Source: Elsinoe ampelina (taxonomy: Eukaryota). From it: a stretch of 20,000 nucleotides of DNA. Each line of letters begins with the position of its first letter. Within the stretch, counting starts at the first letter, position 1. Shown here piece after piece: positions 10,980 through 20,000 of the stretch. Made by a program: the position numbers and the translations under genes. Location: the NCBI GenBank assembly GCA_010093995.1, contig ML992511.1:680341-700340 (forward strand), given 5' to 3'. The notes beneath the pieces are model-generated. The model was not told the DNA's origin, made no database searches, and saw nothing but the letters and a program-made list of their open reading frames with translations.

Positions 10980-13723
10980 AACGAGGATAATACTACTATT
11001 AACTATCGTCCTACTCGGGTAATAGAAGACAAATACTATAAGTAATACTAAGATAGTAATTAGTATCCCTTTATAATTATACCTAGCAAGGAGCAAGTAA
11101 GGTACTATATTCTATTAGTCTCTAAGACGCTATCTATACCTATTCTAGCACTTATAACTTACACATTTAATAAGACTCTTAGTAGCTTAGACTTTGTTAA
11201 ACTTTATACTATAAACGACAATAACGACAAGTAAACTAGTAATAATCTAGCTAACTAAAGCTTTATCTCTATAGGCACTAGAATCGATTACTAGTCCGAA
11301 GAGTTCTAGGAGAGAGTCTATAACTTTATAGGCTTTAAGAAAGACATCTACTTACCGAACGCTAGTGTATAGTATTTTAGTTAGAATAAGAAGTATCTAG
11401 TCGAGGTAGTATAGATATACTTAGCGCTTATTACACTTAAGAAATACCTCGAAGGCTATCTAGTATTTATGTTTATATATAAGATAGAATTTAGAAAGAC
11501 TCCGATAGAACTCTTCTTTCTCTTACTAATTTAGAACTTAAATAAAAAAGTTATCTAGGATACTAACTATACTACTATACCTAAGAACAAGTAGAGTAAG
11601 TACTAGAAGGTAAAGACACTAGTTAACGAGCTATAGCTAGATGTCGCTTCTATAGATACTATTAGCTATAATCTAATTATTAGCGAATTAAATGTAATAA
11701 AATAGTAAGCGTAGGAGACACGGAAGTTTATACCTAATATAAAGGTCGTCCTATACTAGAGAAGGATATTCTAAACTATATAAGAATATAAGTATAGCAA
11801 CGTATATAACATAGACACTTTAATTCGCAAAGAGGATCTACCTATAGACTACCGCTAATAGGAGTCTTAGCTAATAGATAAGTCTAGTAAGCCTATCGAC
11901 ACTATTATAGTCTTATAACTAGTTAATATATATAAGCGACACTCTCGGACCTTATAGATAAATAATTAGTTCTTCTTCACTACTTATAACACTATAATCT
12001 ACTACTTCCTTAGTAAGAATAACGTAAATGCCAAGGATTAGAACTTTGTTCCTAAGGGACAAGAGAGAAAGCCAAGGTCTACGCCTATAAACTAGGCCGC
12101 TATTATCTTTAATAAGTTCTATTAGGTTACTAGCTAGAAGACGTAGACCTAGTATTGTCTAGGAATACTACCGGGGAGGCCTTTTATACTAGGCATAAGT
12201 AAGACGCTATTTGTTAAGTACTTAAACATAGTAGCGTTCTTAACAGCGGCTATATATAAGGACTTTAGATTAGAAAAGCTTAATGTAAATAGAAGTAGAA
12301 TAGGAGAATTTAACGAGAACTATATCTATAAATCTAAGTAAGAGCTAACTAAGGCTAAGAATAATAAACGTTAAGCAATACTAAAGATAATACTAGATAA
12401 GACTTAATAAGCTATCGCTAACAAGCTTAACTTCTAAATAGTATTAGACTATACCTTCGTAATTAATAAATAGTATAAGGCAAACAATAACTCTAGTAAG
12501 TTTAATAAAAAGAGAAGTATATAGTTCATAGAAGAGATTATAGCAACAGTTAGCAAATAGGGTACTATTCTTACGAACATTCTTATTAAGATAAATGTAG
12601 ACTATATCTAAAAACCTTTCGATACTACTTCTAGTCTACTAGCTATTAGAGTCCTACTATATTCTACCTTCGACCTAGAGATCACTATTAAGGATAAGTA
12701 TCTTTATAGTCTTATAAATACATAGAAGAAGATCAAACGGGATATAGATAAGAGTATATAAGAGGCAATTAATAGGCAAAAGGACAAATCCGATAAGCCC
12801 GAAGTAACATTAGAGACAATTCTTAATAAGAAGACTAAGAAGCAAATACTAAGCCTAGTTACGCCGCTACTGCTTTTCTCTATATTCCCTACTCTTATAG
12901 ATATATTCTAGGACAATCCCGTAGTTGTAGAAGAGTTTAGTAACTTTACTATTAAGTTTGCCTACAAAATTATATATAACCCCTCGGAGATAGTACTATA
13001 GTAGCATATAGACAAGATCTACGCTAGTCCTTAGATAAAGGTCCTTTATAGTGTTATTTCCGAGATTATTAAGTAGAACATCTCCTATTCGAAGGAGCTA
13101 AAGAGGCAAGTAATCGTCTATACGTTTATACCGTTAGTGCTAGTAGTTGCTACAATAGTTAGTTTAGTCTATTTAGTCTATTTAGGTCATTACTAACAAG
13201 GGTATAGTATCTAAAATGGCTCGAGAAGCACCTAGACGGCAAAGTAATTAAGATTAATAAGAATACTAATATAGTTGTTGTCTACTATAGAATAATATCT
13301 ATACCTACCTATATAGACATCGTCGACGTAGCTATGTCTAATAATATATTTATTAAACCTAATAGGCTAGAAGGCTTAAGGATCTTAATTGCCTAGGGTA
13401 GAGCTATTAAGACTAGTCTTAATCTAAACTGCTTCGACACTATAATCTTGCTTAATATAGCATTAGTATTACAATCCGTCCTTTAGTGTCTAGTTTAGGT
13501 CTATAGGAATATTAAGTCTTAGAAAGCTAACTATATAGAGGCGTTTATAATAAAGCCGACAGCTCCGTTCTATAGGCCTCTAGAATAGCTTAATAGTAGA
13601 TAGAGTAGGCTATTAATAATATAGAAGGTTATCTACGAGGAAATAGAGAAGTAGAGAGTAGAGATCTAGAAACTTTAATAAGCTATAGCAAAGAAGAACG
13701 CGATTATTGTAGATAATAATTAA
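10980..13723 (+). pseudogene. RIP-inactivated SNF2-family (SF2) helicase/ATPase, copy B
   Basis: Frame +3: motif I tat aag ata gaa ttt aga aag act (11478-11501) -> HEM(G)FGKT; motif II att atc ttt aat aag ttc tat tag (12102-12125) -> IIFDEFHQ; motif III LGIS(G/E)TPF (12189-12212); motif IV-like RQVIVYTF (~13104). After a putative intron (13158-13207), frame +2 gives RILIAQGRAIETGLNLNCFDTIILLD (13379-13456) and motif VI-like QCLVxVHR (~13484-13507). Order and spacing fit SNF2_N plus Helicase_C. The 5' boundary is uncertain. Confidence 0.82.
13158..13207 (+). other. Putative intron (50 nt) in SNF2 relic
   Basis: gttagt...actaac...tatag. Splicing links frame +3 (motif IV) to frame +2 (motifs V/VI). 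A similar gttagt...actaat segment occurs at the equivalent position in copy A (~5814-5865). Confidence 0.6.
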
Positions 13724-14236
13724 GATTACTAGATAATAGTCTAACTATATTACCTAAAAATGTAATTCTTTAGTTTAGCGGACTAATTTAGTTCCCCGTG
13801 TATGTTAAACTATCTTTTAGGTTACCTAACATAATATAGCATCTAAACGTTTCTTACTTTCTACTATTACTAAAATTTAGCTAGCTAACTCTAACTATAA
13901 ATTTAGATCTTAAGCGACAAACATAGATATACTAAGGCGAATTAGTAAATGCTTAGCCTACGGGAAGATTATATAATCTAGTAGAGGCCTTGTCTAATAT
14001 CTACTATATTACTAGAGGAGAGAGCTACTAATAAGCAACATAGCGTAAGTCTTACTAGAGTAATATAGTAATAGACATCTACGTAGAAATAATGCTAGTA
14101 ATAATCCTTGCTTATTTAATAAGGGAGAGCGCTTACTATCTAATAAAGGCCGACAAGGTAGTATTACTAGTAATGTACAATATAGTCCGCTAATGCCGAA
14201 TAACTCGCTAGTCTACTTTACTCCGCTGCGAATAAT

Positions 14237-14695
14237 AGTAACTAAGAATCGAACTAAACACTAGAGTAGAAACGAAAGTCTATAGCCGGTAGAGAGTGTC
14301 CTTCCCCCTTTGCCTACTATATAGCATAGCATAGCGGATAATCCTCTTAGTCTCTTTACTAACCTCGACCCTCGACTTCTAGCACGTAGAACAGATAGTA
14401 ATAGTAATAGTAGACTTAATAGCGACATACACGAGGAAGAGAAGGGCATAGACAAGGTTATAATAGGAGGTATATACGAGAAAGAGTAAGTAATTACAGT
14501 AAGCACAACTAGTAGCACGTCTATAGAGCGGAGTGCTAGGAGGTTGTCCTTATCTAGTAGAGCTATATTCGATTGTACTACGTTCGAGATAGCTACTAGT
14601 ATACTAGCTAGTAGCGAAGAGTTAGTTATAGATATAGTTTATCCTTAGTTTACATTAACTAATCTTGTCTAGATCTCCCTAAGTCTATAATATAT
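14237..14695. repeat. Direct repeat 2, copy B
   Basis: Aligns to 6885-7343. The two ORF-track minus-strand ORFs at these positions are near-identical as a result. Confidence 0.95.
14621..14672 (+). other. Spliceosomal intron (52 nt) in the transposase relic
   Basis: gttagt donor, actaat branch-like site and ctag acceptor. Removing it joins frame +3 (exon 1) exactly to frame +1 (transposase core). The same intron is present in copy A at 7269-7320. Confidence 0.7.
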
Positions 14696-17600
14696 ACACT
14701 AACACTAACGATAAACTAAATTATAATTAGTTAGGCAAGACTTAACTAAAGGAAGCCTTTATTAGCGGCATAGACGTAGGTCTTGCCTAGTAGCTTATAA
14801 AGGAGAAACTTAGTAGAGCTGCGATTATATAATTACTTAAAGACCTACGTATACAACCTCTAGTAGAGAGCCTTAGTTAGCAAACTACGAATAAACTAAT
14901 AGAGAAGATAGAGAATTTAGATACGGGCAGGGGTATTAACAGCTAGTAGACCTTAAGCTTTATACTAAACACTAATCATAGGCCTAAAAGACACACGTTC
15001 TAGTATCTAGATATTCTTATAGCGATATGCTTCTTGCTTAGCTATTGTAGTTTTATAGTAGACATAGACTATAGCTTATATAGAGTCTTTATAGAAGCTG
15101 TCGAGAGTAAGCCGCTACAACAAGTATATACCGAAATAGCAAGCAGCAACTAGTAGTAGAACACATAAAAGCGACTTAGGATACTAGGGGCTACTATTAT
15201 CCCATTAATCGTCGTAAGTAATTAGACCTAGGTAATAAACTATTAAGGAGATCTTATAGCACACGCTATCTATCTATTATTAGGCAATCTAAAGGTAGAA
15301 GTACGTAATAGCAACTACTAGCTAGGGTAGTTACTAATCGGCTTACTTCCTATTATTAAAGATAGTAGTAATATCGTTAAGGAGAAGACCTACTACGCTT
15401 GTATAAAGAAAATCTTTAACGCCGTTATTAATTACTACTTAAGAGGGGGCAAAATAATCTCTTATATAGATAGAAAGAGGTAGAGGTACTTCTCTATACT
15501 TACTGCTATGCCTACGGATTACGCCGAATAGGTTACTATAACTAGTGTAAAGTTACTATATTATTATATAAGTTACCTAATTAGTAAGGACGAAAGGGAG
15601 GACCTAGTAGTTACTATACTATTTCGAACTTACTACTCTACGTAGCAATAATAGCACTTATAGAGAGAAGCATACGAGAGTTAGTAGCGGGGCAAGAAGA
15701 TAGATATAAGCTCTTAGGTTTATATAGTTAGTTACTTCGCGTAGGATCTTCTATATACTAATATTTACTACGCGATAGTGCTAGATATTCTATACTAACT
15801 TCTTAAAGGCGTTTTAATATATATCTTATGCTAGACTTGAAAATTGCTCTAGGATTTAATACCTATATAGAGATTACTACGGTATATAAAGGCTAGAGAG
15901 ACTATATAGCGAATAGGCTACTAGTGCTCGGCAAAGAAGATTATACTTAATATTATCGATAAGCGTTTTAATAGTATACTAGTATTTCCTAGTATCTGAC
16001 ACTTCTTGCACTACTTAGCTGTTAAGTAATAGACAGGTTAAGAGTAGAAGAGTATTATACGCTAGATGCTTCTAGTATTTATACTACTACTTAAGGAGGT
16101 TAAGGCGCCTTAAGCTATTAAGTTTATACGCGCACTAGTCGACTTTATATTACTAGTGAACTATAAGACCTATAATAACGACATACTCTAGTATATTAAC
16201 CTTGCGCTCTTTAGGATAAACAAGTATAAAGAAACCTTCTAGGCCTATTATAGCGATAGGAAAGAAAAGGGCAACTTTAACTTTCCGAAATAGCACTTAA
16301 TAATACATTTTTTAAAGGCTATCTATAATTTTAGAGTAGTTACTAGCCTCGATTCTAATTATTTAGAGCATAATTATATATACTTTATTAAGGACGCCTT
16401 TAAACTTATAAATAAGAAGGCTAGATAGGAAGACTAGGTTACTACTTATAACACTAAACTAGTAAACATATTAGTAGTATTTAATAACCCCTCGAAGTTA
16501 GTTAGGCTATTAGCTACTAAACTAATTAAGATCTAGAGTACGCTAGTTAGCGTAAGCAATATAATAAACGTCACTTCTTAGTTCAGCTAGCCTAGCGCTA
16601 AGAAAAGAGCTATATAGCGTATAGTAAGAGAACTAGAGGCGCTTATTAACATACTACCTAGGCTATTACTATAGCAAGTAATAGCGGTGTTTATCCACAA
16701 GGCTCATTAAGGTATAGCTAAGATAGGCTCTAACTTAAGAACTAAATACCCTAATTAGTTCGACGCTAAACTAGATCCTAATAGACTTAAACTAGATTCT
16801 TCCTAGGTAAGCGACCTCTACGTTAAGTTCTACTATTCTTTAAAGTGTAGGAAACTATCTAACTATAATCCTAATAATCCTAATACGGACGAATAAGACT
16901 TTATCTAGTGTATAACTAAATAGTAAAGGATATATAGCAATAAGAGGCAAGACTAGCTCTAGGTATAAGAATAGACAACGAACAATAAAGGCACTAACGG
17001 AGTATTACCTAATAGCCTATAAGGTAAGTTACTAGCTTATATTATGTTTATAATAACTATAGAGGATAGCTTCTAGTCTAGTAGATCGGGCTAGCGTTAA
17101 CGCCTATACTATATAGGAGCGCTAGTAGATCTATATTAGCCTACTTAGCCGGATAGAGCAGCTAATCGAGAGCATAGTATAACACTAATTAAGCCTTAGA
17201 CAAATCGACGTACGTAAGCTAGATAGAACGCTCTTACTAGTAGGCGTATCTACTCTACCTTATAAATCTACTATAGTATCTACGTCGTGCTAGTAGATAA
17301 CATAAAGCTATATAGCCGGATATACATTAATAACATAGCTGACTTTAACACATATAATATACTATAGAATAAGTTATAGAAGTCTAAATAGCTTTACCTA
17401 GCTAAGGCTTTAAAACGAGAGAGGTTAAGATCCTAAGGCGTAGTTAGTAAGCGTAGTAGGCATTAACGAAGCTAGAGTACTCCTTTCGTAGCTAGAACAA
17501 TTATCTCTTACATCGACGGCCTAACGCTTAGGTATACTTAGGTTAACTACTAGACTATGTTAGGTAGGCGAGTTATAATAACTTCCGTAGGTATTACTCT

Positions 17601-18001
17601 AACTAGTTAGTTTATACCTATATATTATTAGGTTAGTCCCTAAACTATATAGGGTTTACGGCCTAAGGTACCTTATATAGTTTTTACGCTAAAGAGTTAG
17701 TCTATTCCTTTACTAATTATAATAGCTTAGGAAATTATAGCGAGGCGTTATAGAAGTTAGTCTTTAAGATACTTAAGACATACCCTAAGTATTTAGCAAC
17801 AGTAGTAAAAGGCTTAGGTTAGTAAGTTATCTTTAGGTTAGTTTCACTAACGGAGTTAGCAGTCTAAGAGGAAAGTTTATTCTCTATAATAAGTTTACTA
17901 ATAAGACTCCGATATAGACGATAGTACTTTACTCTATTTGCTATTATATCGTAGGGATCTACTCGATGCTACTAGAGCAGTTACTAAGGACTTATTTCTT
18001 T

Positions 18002-18100
18002 CTATCTAACGGACAAGATCTATAATAACACTAGCTTAGAAGACCCGCTAGGGAATATTCTTGTTAATCTTTATATATATACTATACGCAGGAAACGAGT
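18002..18100 (+). pseudogene. Relic coding segment, possibly the C-terminal part of a fungal BTB/POZ-domain protein (copy 1)
   Basis: Reads YLTDKIY(D)NTSLEDPLGNILV(D)LY and shares cggacaagatctataataacactagcttaga with 19589-19619. Confidence 0.35.
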
Positions 18101-19580
18101 TAAGGAAGAAGCTGCCCTTTAGTACGGTAAGTAGTCTCTTTCTTGTCCTCTAAAGTCTCCTCCGTATCTATGTAGGTTATAAGTATTTCCTCGTAAGATT
18201 ATTAGTATATAATATATATATAACAAATCCTATCTATAAGATTATATACTAGATTATCCTATATGCGCTATTACTACAACTACTACTTAGTAGTAGTAAT
18301 AGTAGAGCAGCGAAATATAGTAGGAAAAAGTATTATTATATCTACCTCCGAGAGGGGAATACTCTCTTTCTCTCCTATATCTTCCTCCTTGCTCTCCGCT
18401 ATAGTAAGGTATACCGTAACTAAAGCTACTACTACTACTCCCTCCGTAACTACTGTTGCTTATATATAGCTACGACTATAGGTTATTGCCGGAAGCTTAG
18501 TACGTGTTAGGGTAATCTTATCTTTAATATATAGTAATAAAGTGCTACAATCTTAACCCGGACACTGCCTCTATTACCTCTCTAACAACTGCTATAACTA
18601 GCGCCGAGAGCTAGTAAGGCAAGAAGTATACTACCTCTACCTTCGCTAGTGTCTATAGCTATGCTAGTATTAAGCTTAGCAAGGTAGAGGAGAAGGGTAA
18701 GAAGCGGAAGAAGTCTCTTATTATTACTAATTACCTCCTTACTAATAACCTCGTAGATAGGTAGTTAAGGTAGATCTTAAACTTCCTAGAAAGAGTATTT
18801 ACTTCTCTACTATAACTACTTTCGAGCTGTTGTTTAGACTACTATATCCTTAGTACTATCTCCGGGGCTACTTAGATACTATACCGATGTTCGTTAGACC
18901 TTACTTTTCTAGGTAGTCTTTCGTAGCTTTAGAATTATCCTTCTAGTAGGTATACTATTCCGTGTTAGTAGACGAGGAATTAGCTTAGCCTAAACTAAAT
19001 GTCTATTACATTTCCCGTACCTATCTATATTAGTGTTAATCTTCTTAGAATAGGCTATAGCCTCGCTACTATAGCCACTATTAACGTAGTATATCTAGCT
19101 TCTATTATTATTCTCTTCCTACGTTACTAACGACTTCTAAGTACTAGAACAGGTCTATAGGTATTTATACTTAATGTTATAACTATACTTAGCTATAATA
19201 ATTAAGTCCTTCTCGGGAAAAGCTTCCTTATATCTATAAGCCTAAGTTATAAATACTCCTCTATAAGCTTGTTTTATATTGTCAACAATATAGGCCGCTA
19301 GATAGTAGAACTTGTAGGCTATAGGGCAATAGAGGCGCTTTTCGTTAGTGTTAACCTTTGTCGCTAGCTATATAGTTACGCGAAAGTACTTGTCTTTAGA
19401 GACATCTAACACCTTAATAGACAACTAAGTAGAGACGATAAAATAGAGTTAGAATAAGTATATATTAGTTTAGGGTTTTATATTACAAGCTAGAGAATAA
19501 GGCGTATAATGTCTACTTTCCTATTATAGCGAAAGTGCTTCTATACTAAGCTTCGATAATATAGAGTATACACTTCCCCT

Positions 19581-19680
19581 CTATCTAGCGGACAAGATCT
19601 ATAATAACACTAGCTTAGAGAGCTCTCTCCGGAAGATGCTTGTTAATTTCTATATCTATTCTAGTCGCGGCAAGTAGAGC
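19581..19680 (+). pseudogene. Relic coding segment, possibly the C-terminal part of a fungal BTB/POZ-domain protein (copy 2)
   Basis: Reads YLADKIY(D)NTSxESSLRKMLV(D)FY, which resembles the IYENT...SPLRRLLVD.Y signature I recall from ascomycete BTB proteins. Confidence 0.4.
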
Positions 19681-19700
19681 GTTTATCTAATCTAAGGCAC

Positions 19701-19771
19701 GTACGGTGCGTTTAACTAAAATTAGGTAGGTACGGTGCGTTTAACTAAATTTAGGTAGGTGCAGTGCGTTT
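19701..19771. repeat. Tandem repeat, ~2.4 copies of a 29-bp unit
   Basis: gtacggtgcgtttaactaaa(a/t)ttaggtag at 19701 and 19730, plus a partial gtgcagtgcgttt at 19759. Confidence 0.9.
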
Positions 19772-20000
19772 GTAGTAACCTAACGTAGTTAAACTTAGTT
19801 TAATACGGAGAAACCTAATATTCTAACTCCCTACGCTTAGGACTTTCGTGACGTCTTAGCTACTAGAGTTACTATATAAGTCTTAGATTCTATTAATTAG
19901 AGATTACCCCTTATATAGATTTTTACTTTATACTTTATAACCTCTCCTTTATTATTAACTTTATAGGTAAATACCTATATTAAAGAGACAGGCTTACTAG

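Larger units (their letters stand above)
13929..17466 (+). pseudogene. RIP-inactivated Plavaka-family (CMC/CACTA-related) transposase, 2 exons (13929-14620, 14673-~17466)
   Basis: Frame +1, de-RIPped: QVYTEMASGDWWWNTQ (15121-), PGATIIPLIVVSDQTQVMNHQGDLIAHAIYLLLGNL (15184-15291), LIGLLP, YHACMKKIF, PTDYAEQVTMTGVK (~15511), PDILHQLLKGV (15781-), QWTGQEQK (~16027), NFPKWH (~16279), and C-terminal HVVP...YINNMAD. These match my recollection of the Plavaka consensus (PIILASDKTQL..GD..AWPVYLTIGNI; ADYPEQ; PDILHQLHKGVF). Exon 1 is in frame +3 from ata(atg) at 13929. Ends are approximate. Confidence 0.88.
1..20000. other. RIP-mutated (repeat-induced point mutation) AT-rich fungal repeat region
   Basis: TA dinucleotides are pervasive and CA/TG are rare. 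Stop codons TAA/TAG sit where Gln/Trp are expected in recognisable motifs (e.g. aac tag tag tag = D-W-W-W at 15148-15159). Differences between the duplicated segments are almost all C<->T or G<->A transitions. Confidence 0.95.

Noticed and set aside
11097..11148. Possible intron gtaagg...ttctag in the SNF2 relic
   Set aside because: Frame +3 reads straight through, and splicing would break the frame.
14261..14518. ORF-track 85-aa minus-strand ORF resembling the 139-aa ORF
   Set aside because: The similarity merely reflects the DNA duplication. It is antisense to transposase exon 1.
18263..18469. ORF-track 68-aa plus-strand ORF
   Set aside because: Short and low-complexity with no recognisable motif. 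At most a fragment of a RIPped gene.
19701..19771. CRISPR-like 29-bp repeats
   Set aside because: The units are directly adjacent with no unique spacers, and the context is eukaryotic.
1..20000. Alternative genetic code (TAA/TAG read-through) explaining the stops
   Set aside because: TAG replaces both Gln and Trp, other residues show matching G->A/C->T changes (D->N, E->K, H->Y, M->I), and the repeat copies differ by transitions. All of this indicates RIP rather than codon reassignment.

Overview
This is AT-rich fungal (most likely ascomycete) repetitive DNA heavily mutated by RIP. TpA is in strong excess, CpA/TpG are scarce, and all reading frames are riddled with TAA/TAG, so no intact gene is present. 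Reverting RIP changes (TA->CA/TG) by eye reveals two tandem, co-oriented copies of a ~7.2-7.35 kb module: [minus-strand low-complexity gene] <- -> [unknown ORF + SNF2-family helicase] -> [Plavaka-family transposase]. Copy B (~8044-17466) has a recognisable SNF2 ATPase relic (motifs I-VI) and an apparently full-length, intron-containing Plavaka transposase with an N-terminal Zn finger. Copy A (~871-7343) is nearly identical to B at both ends, strongly diverged in the middle, and its transposase is cut off just after the first intron. Short tandem repeats lie at 7722-7916 and 19701-19771. Two related BTB-like relic segments lie downstream of the transposase. All protein calls come from manual translation and motif recognition, with no database search.
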